Of a DNA stretch of 24,000 bases, positions 8,279-18,800 are shown one piece after another. The first letter of the stretch is position 1. Every line of letters begins with the position of its first letter. The stretch is from contig OY759599.1 of the NCBI GenBank assembly GCA_963662465.1, positions 786,946 through 810,945 of the forward strand, read 5' to 3'. Under the pieces are notes generated by a model. That model had not been told where the DNA came from, ran no database searches, and was given only the letters and a program-made list of their open reading frames with translations. Source of the stretch: Desulfatiglandales bacterium (GTDB taxonomy: Bacteria; Desulfobacterota; DSM-4660; Desulfatiglandales; Desulfatiglandaceae). A program made the translations under genes and the position numbers.

Positions 8279-9376
8279 TCAATCACTATCCGCAAGTTCC
8301 TTAGCAACCGCTTTGATGGTTTCCTCAATTTCCAGAAATGCATCCACCACATCCGGGTCGAAATGAGTGCCGCGCCCTTCGCTGATAATGGCCACGGCCT
8401 TTTCATGGGTGAACGGGGGTTTATAAACCCGTTTGCAGATGAGGGCGTCATACACGTCCGCCACCGCCATGATCCGCCCGGAAAGGGGAATTTCCTCTCC
8501 TTTCAACCCTTGTGGATACCCGGAACCGTCCCATTTTTCCTGGTGGGTACGGGCGATGTCCCTGGCGTGGGAGAGAAAGGAGGGCCGGATTTCCGCATCA
8601 AACAATTCCTCCGCCTTCAGAAGGGCCTGGTATCCCAACTCACAGTGGGTCTTCATGGTGGCGAATTCTTCATCGGTGAGCTTGCCCGGCTTGTGCAAAA
8701 CGGCATCGGGAACACCCACCTTGCCGATGTCGTGCAATGGCGCGGACTTGTAGAGCAGCTCCACTGTCTTTTTGTCCAGAACCTGCCCATGCTTTGGATG
8801 GTCCGCCATTTTTTGGGCCAGAGCCTGCACGTAACGCTGGGTTCGCAGGATATGCCCGCCGGTTTCATTGTCCCGGGTCTCCGCAAGGGATGCAAGGCTG
8901 TGAATGGTGATATCCTGGGTGACCGCCAGGTCCCGGGTACGCTCCGCCACTTTGATTTCCAGAATTTCGTTCTGCATCTCCAGTTCACGGCCGGCCAGAA
9001 CCAGGGAGAGGTGGGTCTTCACCCGGGCCTGCACCTCGGTAATTTCAAAGGGTTTGGTGATGTAATCGACGGCGCCCATCTGAAACCCCCTGGTCTTGTT
9101 TTCGATTTCCGTCAGCGCCGTCAGAAAGATGATGGGGATTTTGGCATAGCGTTCATCTGCTTTTAGCGTTTGGCAGACTTCATAGCCGTCCATCTCCGGC
9201 ATCATGATATCCAGCAGAATCAAATCCGGCGGTTCTTCCGCCACGGTCTCAACGGCTTCCCGGCCGTCCATGGCCACCGAGACATCATAGAGTTCGCCCA
9301 GGGCATCCACCAGAATATCCACATTGGCTTCCGTATCGTCCACCACCAGCACGGTGCAATCCGACAATTCTTTCAT
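8279..9376 (-). CDS. Response regulator with HD-GYP domain (putative c-di-GMP phosphodiesterase)
   Basis: Receiver VLVVDDTEAN...DLILLDIMMPEMDGYEVC...FLTA...KP. HD-GYP motifs LHDIGKVGVPDAVLHKPGKL and HQEKWDGSGYPQGLKGEEIPLSGRIMAVADVYDAL. Confidence 0.93.
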   Translation of the reverse strand: MKELSDCTVLVVDDTEANVDILVDALGELYDVSVAMDGREAVETVAEEPPDLILLDIMMPEMDGYEVCQTLKADERYAKIPIIFLTALTEIENKTRGFQMGAVDYITKPFEITEVQARVKTHLSLVLAGRELEMQNEILEIKVAERTRDLAVTQDITIHSLASLAETRDNETGGHILRTQRYVQALAQKMADHPKHGQVLDKKTVELLYKSAPLHDIGKVGVPDAVLHKPGKLTDEEFATMKTHCELGYQALLKAEELFDAEIRPSFLSHARDIARTHQEKWDGSGYPQGLKGEEIPLSGRIMAVADVYDALICKRVYKPPFTHEKAVAIISEGRGTHFDPDVVDAFLEIEETIKAVAKELADSD

Positions 9377-9437
9377 TGAACTTCACCTGTCCTTTCACTT
9401 TATTTTTCAAGTCGGCCGTCAGAAGCAAAGCCTCTTA
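9373..9437 (-). pseudogene. Vestigial copy of the 3' end of a hybrid-kinase gene (duplication scar)
   Basis: Reverse complement tttaag-aggctttgcttctgacggccgacttgaaaaataaagtgaaaggacaggtgaagttcaATG aligns to the HK1 tail/RR2 start ttcaaggaggctttaccccttctggaagacctgcaaaacaaactgaaaggataggtgagtctaATG (KEALLLTADLKNKVKG vs [16 protein letters not shown]). Confidence 0.75.
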
Positions 9438-9450
9438 AAAGCCGGAACCA

Positions 9451-10611
9451 TCAGGCAGAGGCAAAAACCTGAATGGTTTCCTCGCGAAACTCCGTTTTAG
9501 AGGAGTTATGAAGGATTTCAAAAAGAAACGGGTTGATTTTGGTACCCGCCTCTATCAGCCGTATGCCATTGCTCGTGAAGACATCCGCGGCAATCACCAT
9601 CCCAACGGTCAGGTCTTTTGGATAAAGTTTTCTGACAGCCATGTGGGCAGGTTCCGGTTCGCTCTCAACAATCCGGGAAAACATTTCCACCAGTTTGGGG
9701 CCGTACTCTTTTTCACCGGTTTTCAGCTCGGCCATTGCCGCGGATGGGGTTTTTCCGCTGTAGGTCAACTTCTCATACTCCAGAACCAGCTTTAGAATCC
9801 GACTTCCAATGTGAATCATGCGCTGTGCCTGATCATCCCCCTGGAACCCGGTTTCTTTTTGGAGTTCCTGCTGGCGTGCGATGATCTCTGCCACCTCTGT
9901 TAACCTTGGGATTTTGCGAATCAGTTCATACCCTATCTGAGGGTGCCGATTGTAGGTTTCCTTCTCCTCCACCAAAACCTTCTCTCCCCGGAAAATTTTC
10001 TCGATGGTTTCAGGCGGTACGATAACACAACCGATCTGGCTCAACATGGCGGCCATTCGAATCTGCCAGAAGTCCGTTAGTTTGAAGGCTGCCATCACCT
10101 TGCTGACATGGCGTTTCAGCCGGGATGTTCGGCTGAATGCCGTGGGATTGGCAACGGAAAGAATTTCCGTGAGAACCTCGATGGCGCCCCCCAGCGTTTT
10201 TACCACCAGATCGCGAAGTTCAAGCTCCGCCAGGCGCAGTTTCAGGTGGGTTTTTACACGGGCGTTGACTTCCGCAATTTCAAAGGGCTTGGTGATATAA
10301 TCCACCGCTCCTAACTGGAAACCCTTGGTCTTGTTGCTAATTTCCGTTAGAGCTGTCAGAAAAATGATGGGGATGTTGGCGTAGCGTTCATTGCCCTTTA
10401 ATCTTTGGCACACCTCATACCCATCCATTTCGGGCATCATGATGTCCAATAAAATCAGGTCCGGTGGTTCTTCCGCCACGGCTTCAAGGGCCGCCACGCC
10501 ATCCATGGCCACCGACACATCATACAGCTCCCCCAGTGCATCCACCAGGATGTCCACATTGGCTTCCGTATCGTCCACCACGAGTACGGTGCAATCCGAT
10601 AGTTCCTTCAT
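9451..10611 (-). CDS. Response regulator with degenerate HD-GYP-like output domain
   Basis: Receiver nearly identical to that of 8279-9376. Output AAMLSQIGCVIVPPETIEKI replaces the usual A.LLHDIGK..VP..IL, and ARQQELQKETGF replaces HHE..DGSGYP. Start ATG 10611 (alternative GTG 10620, directly after the HK1 stop). Confidence 0.88.
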   Translation of the reverse strand: MKELSDCTVLVVDDTEANVDILVDALGELYDVSVAMDGVAALEAVAEEPPDLILLDIMMPEMDGYEVCQRLKGNERYANIPIIFLTALTEISNKTKGFQLGAVDYITKPFEIAEVNARVKTHLKLRLAELELRDLVVKTLGGAIEVLTEILSVANPTAFSRTSRLKRHVSKVMAAFKLTDFWQIRMAAMLSQIGCVIVPPETIEKIFRGEKVLVEEKETYNRHPQIGYELIRKIPRLTEVAEIIARQQELQKETGFQGDDQAQRMIHIGSRILKLVLEYEKLTYSGKTPSAAMAELKTGEKEYGPKLVEMFSRIVESEPEPAHMAVRKLYPKDLTVGMVIAADVFTSNGIRLIEAGTKINPFLFEILHNSSKTEFREETIQVFASA

Positions 10612-10620
10612 TAGACTCAC

Positions 10621-13494
10621 CTATCCTTTCAGTTTGTTTTGCAGGTCTTCCAGAAGGGGTAAAGCCTCCTTGAATTTGTATTTATTGATCAACCGCTCCA
10701 GATCGGCCATTTCAATGCTCACGGCCGCCGGCCAGGGAGCCTTCTTCAACTCCGCCATGGCTTCCTTGCAGGGTTTCGGTTTTCGAGTTTTTAAATGGGG
10801 GATCATTTCTTCCAGTGCGGCCAAAAAAATTTTCGGATCAGCTTCTTCCGCACCAGTTTTGACGATTTCAACCTGTTTCGGTTCATCCCCCAGGATTCCC
10901 AGAGCCTCTACAACATCTCTTAGGACACCGCCAAAATTGGAAATCTTCTCTTCATAGGTTTCCCGCTCTCCCTGTTTGATGGCGGACTCCAAAGCCGCAC
11001 CGGCGTCCTGAAGGGGGCCCGCCCCCACGTTACCGGCCACCCCTTTGATGCTGTGGGCCAGACGTTCCGCCTCATCGGCCTTTTCCGATTGCAACAGGCC
11101 CCTTATTTCCTCATCCGTCTTGGCGTAATCGTCGCGAAGTTTCATAAGGATGTTGCGATAGAGTTTCTCATTACCCCCCACGCGCATAAGCCCTTCTTCC
11201 ACATTAATTCCCTCAATGGATTGGGGAAGTTGATCCTTGGGTGGTGCAGGAGGGGCTGATGGGGCAGGTGCTGTTTCGAGGGGTTCTACCCTATCCGATT
11301 TGGGTTCAAATCCCCTCACCCCCGGCTGTATCCACTGGCCCAGGCAGGAGAAAAGCTGTTTTACGTCAATGGGTTTGGCCACATGGTCGTTCATGCCGGC
11401 TTCAATTGCTTTTTCCTTGTCACCGGCCATGGCGTTGGCGGTCATGGCGATGATGGGCATGTCGTCAAAACGCTTATCTTTGCGGATTTCGAGGGAGGCC
11501 GTGTATCCATCCATCACCGGCATCTGGATGTCCATGAGCACGGCCTGGTAATTGCCCGTCTGCACCGCATCCACCGCCTGCCGGCCATCTCCCACTGTGG
11601 TGACCTTAAGACCCGCCCCCCCCAGAATCTCCTGGGCCACCTGTTGATTGATCTCGTTGTCTTCCACCAGGAGCACCTGAGCGCCCTTGATATGATCCAC
11701 CCCTTCGGGGTCAACACCCGGTCCCCGCCGTTTTTGTCCGGATCCGCTGCCTTTACCAAAGGCGGCCATGGCGGCATCCAACAGCATTGAAGGGGCTACC
11801 GGTTTGATCAGAAACCCATCCAGACCGATCCGGTCCGCCTGGTTCATGATCTCTTCACGACCGTAGGCGGTCACCAGAATGATTTTGGGTATCTTGTTGA
11901 GGTCAGGATGATTCTTTATTTTTTCGGAAGCCGTTAGCCCATCCATACCCGGCATCTGCCAATCCATGAAGATGAGATCAAAGGGATTGTCCGGGTCCGC
12001 CTTTTCCACCTCCGCCAGTCCTTTTAGTCCATCCGTGGCCAGGGTCACCTCAAAAGACATGGAGGTAAGCATATCTTCCAGTATTTCACGGCTGGTATCG
12101 TTATCGTCCACCACCAGCACCTTGAGGTTTTTGAGATCGGGGTCAGGCTGTAGTATTCTCTCTTTTTGAGCCTCACCAATACCTAAAACCGCCGTAAAGA
12201 TAAATTCACTGCCCACCCCCGGTTCGCTCTCCACCCAGATCTCGCCGCCCATCATCTCCACCAGCCGCTTGCTGATGGTCAACCCCAGGCCGGTTCCACC
12301 GTATTTTCGGGTGGTGGAGGCATCCGCCTGACTGAAGGCCTGAAAGAGTTTTCCCCGCTGTTCTTCGGTAAGCCCGATGCCCGTATCCCGAACCCCGAAC
12401 CGCACCTTTACATGATCTGAGGGCACCTGATCATCCATCGTCTCCATCACTGCGGCTGAAATGACAATTTCACCGGTTTCCGTAAACTTCACGGCATTAT
12501 TGGATAGATTCACCAGGACCTGGCTCAGGCGCAGGGGGTCTCCCTGAAGGTCATTGGGCAGTTCCGGATCCACTTTCATCAGCAGCTCCAACCCTTTTTC
12601 CTGGGACTTGACACTCACCAGAGTGGACACACTGTCCAGGGTCTTGTCCAGGCTGAAATCGATGATCTCCATGTCCATCTTACCGGCCTCGATCTTGCTG
12701 AAATCGAGGATGTCGTTGATGATGCCGAGAAGCGCCTGAGCACTGGAGTGGATTTTAACCAGATAATCGACCTGCTTGGGATCCAGATCGGTCTTTAGCG
12801 CCAAGTGACTCATGCCCATAATGGCGTTCATGGGGGTACGGATCTCGTGGCTCATGTTGGCCAGGAAATCACTCTTGGCCTTGGTGGCTTCCTCGGCTTT
12901 CTGCTTTTCCTCATCCAGGTCCTGCATCATGTTGAGCATGGCGCGCCTGGCTTCGGCCAACTCCTCAAGCTGCTCCTGAAGCGCCTCGGAAGCCTCTTCG
13001 GCGGAATCCCTGGCCGCCTCGATCTCCTCGGTGGAATTTTTCAAGGCTTCATTTTTCTCCTGCATCTCACGCAGCAATTCCCCCCTGGACGCTTTGGACA
13101 GATTTTTCCGCACGGTTTCGAGGAAATGCTCCGAAGGGCTGAAGCCTGGATTGGGCAAATATTTGAAAACAAGAACCTTTGATGGCGAACCTTCCCCGTT
13201 TCCCTCATGAATAACATCGAAAAAGGGCGCACCGTGGGATGCAATGGCTGTGTTTCCACCGTATGAGAATCTTATGGTCAAACCGCTCTGCCCATTACGG
13301 TCTTCAAGACCGATGGCAACATCCACATCAAAGGCATTACGAACGTCGTTTCTCAAAAGCTCGGAAAAAGCCGCCACCAGCCTTGTGGCATCCATGTCAT
13401 CATATTCCAGTGTTTCGGCCAGCCTGAAGATTTTGCGCCTGGCATCAGAAAACGTTTCGGCATTTTTTACGGAAATATTACCCAATTCAATCAT
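10621..13494 (-). CDS. Hybrid histidine kinase HK1: N-terminal degenerate anti-sigma/RsbT-like domain, HisKA-HATPase_c-REC-REC-HPt plus C-terminal extension
   Basis: [57 protein letters not shown]..., [14 protein letters not shown]...[33 protein letters not shown] at 13494 overlaps the upstream TGA (13493-13491) as ATGA. Confidence 0.95.
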   Translation of the reverse strand: MIELGNISVKNAETFSDARRKIFRLAETLEYDDMDATRLVAAFSELLRNDVRNAFDVDVAIGLEDRNGQSGLTIRFSYGGNTAIASHGAPFFDVIHEGNGEGSPSKVLVFKYLPNPGFSPSEHFLETVRKNLSKASRGELLREMQEKNEALKNSTEEIEAARDSAEEASEALQEQLEELAEARRAMLNMMQDLDEEKQKAEEATKAKSDFLANMSHEIRTPMNAIMGMSHLALKTDLDPKQVDYLVKIHSSAQALLGIINDILDFSKIEAGKMDMEIIDFSLDKTLDSVSTLVSVKSQEKGLELLMKVDPELPNDLQGDPLRLSQVLVNLSNNAVKFTETGEIVISAAVMETMDDQVPSDHVKVRFGVRDTGIGLTEEQRGKLFQAFSQADASTTRKYGGTGLGLTISKRLVEMMGGEIWVESEPGVGSEFIFTAVLGIGEAQKERILQPDPDLKNLKVLVVDDNDTSREILEDMLTSMSFEVTLATDGLKGLAEVEKADPDNPFDLIFMDWQMPGMDGLTASEKIKNHPDLNKIPKIILVTAYGREEIMNQADRIGLDGFLIKPVAPSMLLDAAMAAFGKGSGSGQKRRGPGVDPEGVDHIKGAQVLLVEDNEINQQVAQEILGGAGLKVTTVGDGRQAVDAVQTGNYQAVLMDIQMPVMDGYTASLEIRKDKRFDDMPIIAMTANAMAGDKEKAIEAGMNDHVAKPIDVKQLFSCLGQWIQPGVRGFEPKSDRVEPLETAPAPSAPPAPPKDQLPQSIEGINVEEGLMRVGGNEKLYRNILMKLRDDYAKTDEEIRGLLQSEKADEAERLAHSIKGVAGNVGAGPLQDAGAALESAIKQGERETYEEKISNFGGVLRDVVEALGILGDEPKQVEIVKTGAEEADPKIFLAALEEMIPHLKTRKPKPCKEAMAELKKAPWPAAVSIEMADLERLINKYKFKEALPLLEDLQNKLKG

Positions 13495-14078
13495 AGCCCA
13501 TACCTCAATACAATACACGATGCATCATCGCTGTCCTTACCCAACCGGTCCATCAGATCCGCCGCTATTTTCCGCGCTGAACCCTTCAGAAGGTCCGGGT
13601 AGAAAATCGGATCAAAGTGTTCCTTTATCCCGTCGGAGTTCAAAATCAGGATATCCCCGGAAGACACTTTTGCCCGTTGTTTTTTGGGCGTGGGCATTCT
13701 GTACCCGAGAACACCGTCCCGGGAAACAAAGGTGACGGGGGACGGTCCGTAAAGCCGCGCCGTAATATTTCCCACGCCCACAAATTCCATTTCGCCGTTC
13801 ACCAGGTTCAAATGGCAGAGGGCGGCAACGGCCCCTCGGGTCCCCTTCAAACAGGCATGCAATCCGTTCATCAATTCCTCCAGATCGGAAAGATGGCTTT
13901 CCTCAAGATAGCGCTCCCCGATTTCCGCCACCTGGTGGGCATTTTTGCCATGGCCCAGCACATCCATGAGGGCTAAAAAGCATTGGTCATCGGATACCCG
14001 GATGACCCCCGCATCGCCGCATTCGTCCTCCGGACCGGTGAGTGAGCGCTTCAACAAATGGGTGTCAACCTTAAGCAT
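13491..14078 (-). CDS. rsbX: RsbX/SpoIIE-like PP2C-type serine phosphatase
   Basis: [83 protein letters not shown] at 14078 (8-nt overlap with the rsbT stop) is more likely than the 14138 ORF start. Confidence 0.85.
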   Translation of the reverse strand: MLKVDTHLLKRSLTGPEDECGDAGVIRVSDDQCFLALMDVLGHGKNAHQVAEIGERYLEESHLSDLEELMNGLHACLKGTRGAVAALCHLNLVNGEMEFVGVGNITARLYGPSPVTFVSRDGVLGYRMPTPKKQRAKVSSGDILILNSDGIKEHFDPIFYPDLLKGSARKIAADLMDRLGKDSDDASCIVLRYGL

Positions 14079-14493
14079 TCCGTCTCCATTTTCTGGCAAC
14101 AATCCGCGTGCCGGCGCCTGGTTTCGATTGAATGTCAAATTCGTCCATAATCCTTTTTATGCTGGAGAGCCCCAGACCCAGACCGTGGCCCTTGCTGACC
14201 CCTTCTTCCATGGCCCCTTGGATGTCCTCGATGCCGGGTCCCTGGTCCTCCACGGTAAACTCAAAGCCCACACGGTCCTCATCTTTAACAGCCCTGAGCC
14301 TGACCCTTCCTTTTTCGGCATACCGAATCACGTTCGTGGAGGCTTCGGACGCGGCCGTGGCGATCAGGTATTGCTGGTTCTCGTCAAATCCCATTTGGGC
14401 GGTGAGGTGCCTGACGGCGTAGACCACCCGGGCATGGTCCGACAACTCAACCAGATCGATGATCCTTTCTTCAATAATGCCGTTATTCTCCAA
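14071..14493 (-). CDS. rsbT: RsbT-like anti-sigma/serine kinase (HATPase)
   Basis: N-box ATAASEASTNVIRYA, G1 VEDQGPGIED, G2 GHGLGLGLSSIKRIMDEF, position after rsbR-rsbS. Confidence 0.9.
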   Translation of the reverse strand: MENNGIIEERIIDLVELSDHARVVYAVRHLTAQMGFDENQQYLIATAASEASTNVIRYAEKGRVRLRAVKDEDRVGFEFTVEDQGPGIEDIQGAMEEGVSKGHGLGLGLSSIKRIMDEFDIQSKPGAGTRIVARKWRRNA

Positions 14494-14520
14494 CTTAAAA
14501 TATCTCCCGGGTTACCCGAT

Positions 14521-14952
14521 TCACGGGATGACGCCTGATTTCGACTCCACGGGCCCAAACCGCTTCAGGGCACGATTCCTTAAAAACGCGAACCCGTCAT
14601 CCATGCTGATGGCCGTCGGAATGTTCCCGAGATCTAGCCCCAGATCCACCGCCGCGGACGCAACACCCGGCTGAAAGCCCACAAACACAATATCGGCGCC
14701 CAGCATGGATACCATTTTTGCGGTATTCGTCAGAACGGTAAAGCTGTAAGCATCAACGATCCGAAGAACGGAAACATCAAACAGGACCCCCTTGGCAGCG
14801 GTTTCGTTTACTTTTCGAAGGACCGCTTTTTGAAGCCCCACGGCGTAATGATCATCCAGTTCCGCATTGACGGGCACCACCAGAAAGCCGCCCACCGTGT
14901 GCATGCCCAATGCGGAAAAATTTTCAACATCTTCCATAGTTATCTTCTCCAT
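14521..14952 (-). CDS. rsbS: RsbS-like STAS-domain protein
   Basis: GGFLVVPVNAELDDHYAVGLQ, KGVLFDVSVLRIVDAYSFTVLTNTAKMVSMLGADIVFVGFQPGVASAAVDLGLDLGNIPTAISMDDG, collinear with RsbS. Confidence 0.88.
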   Translation of the reverse strand: MEKITMEDVENFSALGMHTVGGFLVVPVNAELDDHYAVGLQKAVLRKVNETAAKGVLFDVSVLRIVDAYSFTVLTNTAKMVSMLGADIVFVGFQPGVASAAVDLGLDLGNIPTAISMDDGFAFLRNRALKRFGPVESKSGVIP

Positions 14953-14980
14953 CTCGGTATAATTTACAGATAAGCTACCT

Positions 14981-15790
14981 TTATTTCGTTTGGACCACCT
15001 CCAGCTTCAATATGGCAAATGCATCGGCCAGGGAATCCTGAAGGTTTGAATTGGTGGTCACGTCTCCCAGTTCAATGCCCAGTTGAACCAGGGTCTCGGC
15101 CACGGCGGGGGATATGCCGGAAACAATGCACCGGCACCCCATGAGCCTCGTGGCTTTGGCGATTTTAATAAGATGGTTGGCCACCGCCGTGTCAACCGTG
15201 GCCACCCCCGCAATATCCAGAATAATGACTTTGGCCAGGGTTTCCGTTATCTTCTTCAACATGGTGTGCATCATCTGTTGAGCACGCAGGGAATCCACCA
15301 CCCCCACCACGGGAAGAATGATGACCCGGTCCCACAGCTTTATGACCGGGGTCGATATCTCCATGATGGTGCGGCTCTGTTCCTGAAGTTTCCGCTCCTG
15401 TTGAACCCGGTTGGTGATATCCAGGATGTATTCCAGCCCGCCGATGATATTCCCCGCTTTGTCCTTTAAGGCCGCGGCGGTGTATTCAATGGGGATCGAC
15501 CTCCCACCGATTTTTGCCTCATTGCGAACGGTACACGTTTCAGTGCCTCCCATAACTTGTTTCATTCGGCATTCCGGTGTCCGGCAGTGGAGCGAATCGA
15601 AAACCTCGTAACAATGACTCCCTTTGATTTCCTCCCAACTTTTTCCGGAGAGCTTTAAACCCGCATCATTCATGAAAATGAGATTCAGATCGAGATCCAC
15701 CGCCATAATCGGCGTGGGAAGCTGATCCAGAATCTGGATTGCGAGATCGTTGTTGATCTGCACACTGCTGCCGTTAATTTTTTGGTTCAT
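14981..15790 (-). CDS. rsbR: RsbR-like PAS-STAS stressosome sensor
   Basis: N-terminal PAS (LDQLPTPIMAVDLDLNLIFMNDAGLKLSG). C-terminal STAS VIILDIAGVATVDTAVANHLIKIAKATRLMGCRCIVSGISPAVAETLVQLGI with Thr at both positions corresponding to the RsbR phospho-sites. Confidence 0.9.
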   Translation of the reverse strand: MNQKINGSSVQINNDLAIQILDQLPTPIMAVDLDLNLIFMNDAGLKLSGKSWEEIKGSHCYEVFDSLHCRTPECRMKQVMGGTETCTVRNEAKIGGRSIPIEYTAAALKDKAGNIIGGLEYILDITNRVQQERKLQEQSRTIMEISTPVIKLWDRVIILPVVGVVDSLRAQQMMHTMLKKITETLAKVIILDIAGVATVDTAVANHLIKIAKATRLMGCRCIVSGISPAVAETLVQLGIELGDVTTNSNLQDSLADAFAILKLEVVQTK

Positions 15791-15825
15791 GGATTGCCTC
15801 CAGTTTTTGGGTGTTGAATATACGG

Positions 15826-18800
15826 TTATTGAACAATCTCGTATTTTTCTTCCCGGCCGAGTTTTTCCAGAAGTTGGTTGACTTCTTCCTTCAGACCGAT
15901 CATTTTTATCTCCCTGCCCACCACCAGTCGGTTGAACTGTTCCAGCTCTTCCAGCCTCTCCTTCAGTTCCTGTTCGGCCTTCTTCAGTTCCGAGATATCG
16001 ATAAAGCTTTCCAGAAGATGTGTTTTCCCACTCAGTTTCACCCGCGTCACGGTTTTGAGTATCGGTATTTCCTGACCCGCGGCGGTAAGAAGAACCCGTT
16101 CGGCATTTTCAATTTCCTGCTCACTGTCCAGTACGGGACAGTCATTCACTGCCTTGGGACAAACAAACTCATGACAAATGTGGCCGATGATTTCCGTGCC
16201 GGGCAACCCGATCATTTGGGCCGCCAAGGGATTTACGTCAACGATGGTACGGTTTTCGGGATCAATGATGATCACACCGGTGTTGATGGCATTTAAAATC
16301 GTCTGGACACGCTGTTCGCTCTCTTTAACCGCCTTTTCCGCCTGCTTCTTTTCCGTTTCGTCTTTTGAAAAAACCGCAATAACCCAGCGATTCTCCAATT
16401 GCGTCAAAACAATTGAAAGCATAACATTCAGAATACGCCCGTCTTTTGTTTTGTGGAGGCCTTCGGTCTCAACGTGGGAATGGGTCTGAAGGACCTCCAT
16501 CAAGCCGGTAAATTTTTCTTCATTGAATTCCATATCGATCTGGGGCACATGCATGCTCATGAGCTCCTCCCGGGTGTAACCCAGTGAACTGCACGCCGCT
16601 TCATTGGCATAGATAAACATACCGGTCTCGGGATCCACCCAGAAGATCGTGAGAGCCGCTTTGTCCACCGTGGTCTGAGTGAACCGCAGGCGATCTTCCG
16701 ATTGTTTGCGGTCGCTAATATCCGTGACCATGGCAAAAGCGCCGATCCTTTCATTGTTTTCGTCATAGAGCGGCGAAACATTGTAAAGACAATTGACCTG
16801 GCTACCGTCGGGCCTGGAAAGGGCGATTTCATAGGCACTGGTAATGCCCTGTTTTCGAAGCTCAATCTGTTCCAGAAATATTTTCTTGTTCTCTTCGTCC
16901 ACAAAATCAAAGATGGTTTTGCCGATCACCTCATCTTTCTCCCTCCCCATAATATGGCACATGGCGGGGTTCTGATCGACAATTTCCTGACTGGCATTGA
17001 CCAATTGGAAACCTTCAGCGGCTGTTTCCAGAATCGTTTTGAGCTTTTTCTCACTTTCTTTCATGGCATCTTCCGCAATTTTGCGGTCAGTAAAGTCGCG
17101 CAGGCTTTCGATGGCGCCTACCGGTTTCCCGCTGGTGTCATAAAGAATGGCCGCAATACCGGAAAGGTAAGTGCCACCATCGCCCATGTGGGGATGGAAA
17201 GATTCCGACACAAGACAATTCCCTTCCTTCTTTACGCTCAGGTATTTTTTCCCCAGTTCCTCATCCCATTGTTTTACCAAATCCACCAGAATCGGGCGGC
17301 GGTCACCATAGAATGGCAAGGCGTATTCATAATCCCCTTTACCCACGATGTTTCCCTTCTTTACGCCGGTAAGTTTCTCCATGGCGCGATTCCAAAACTG
17401 CACTTTGCCCTCAACATCGATTGCAAGAATGGGATCCGGCAGAAAGTCAATGAGATCGGCCATGCGTTGTTCAGAATCTTTTATGGCCTCCTCAGCCTTC
17501 TTGCGCTCGGTGATGTCTCGCACCGTGCCAACCGCAAACCATTCTTCATCTACCTGGAAGGATGACAGCGTTACCTCAACCGGGAATTCATCGCCCTTTC
17601 GGTTGCGGGCGTTAATCTCGGTGGTGGTTCCCAGGACAGGGCCTTCCCCATTTTCGGCAAAATGTTTCAGCCCGGCGTAGATTTTCTCATGGTACACTTC
17701 GGGCGCGGCCATCTGGTGAAAATCCATCCCCATGGCCTCGGCTTCGGTGTAGCCGAAAAGCTTCTCCGCCGCGGGATTCCAGAACAGCACTTTCCCCTGT
17801 CCATCGATCATCACCAGTGCATCTTCCGCAGCTTGGCTCATGGCCTTGATTTTGCGCTCGCTTCTGATATGATCCAGTTCCGCCAGTTTCCGGCTTGTAA
17901 TATCCAGTATTAATCCGTTATAAATGAGATCCCCTTCAGCGTTACGACTGGGAGAGGCATTGAGGCGGATCCATTTGACAGCGCCTTCTTTGGAAATTAT
18001 ACGGCCCACATGATTCATGTCCGCTTCAGCCAAGAGGTCCGTTTGGACCTCTTTCTTGACCCTCTCAAAATCCTCCGGATGCCATGGAAGGCGCTCTTTC
18101 CCCCTCATCACCTGCTCCACCGGCATTCCGAAAAAGGCTTCGGCCTTTGGACTCAGGTACAGGTATTCGGGCCTGCCGTCGGCGTCAAACCGGATCTGAA
18201 TGATGGCCCCTGGTGTGGTTGCGGCAATGGTCTGGAAACGCTCCTCGGCACGCTTGCGTTGGACCATCTCCCTGGCCATGCGCCGGTTCCAGATGATGAT
18301 GATGGTCAAAATCAATCCGATAACCATGGCAACGGCAATCCCCATTTTGATCAAGAAAGCCCAGTCGGTGCGTTGGGCGAAGCGCACGTTAATCCAGCGG
18401 TTGGCGATATTTCGCTTCTCTTCTTCAGGTATGGAATTGAGGGCCTTGTCAAGGATGGTTGCCAGTTGTGGCCAGTCCTTGCGCACGCCAAAACGCAGGC
18501 TTGAACTGTAACCTGTCGAGGCGGCCACCTTGAGATCCGCAAGACCCAATTTGCTAATGGCATATACAATCGAAGCCGAGTTATCCACATAGGCCGCGGC
18601 TTGTCCTTCGGCTACCGCCTTAAGGCCCTGTTCGATATCGTCTACCAATACCAGCTTCATTTCAGGGAAATCCTGTTCCAGCATCTCCTGCACAAAATAC
18701 CCTTTGACCACCGCCACTTGGGCGTCTTTCAAACTTTTCATTTCAGCAATGAACGGTGCGTCTTTCCGGGTAACGGCAACGGTCTGAAAATCCAGATAGG

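Noticed and set aside
14079-14138. Longer N-terminus for rsbX starting at 14138
   Set aside because: Would overlap rsbT by 68 nt; ATG at 14078 gives an 8-nt overlap and begins right before the conserved region.
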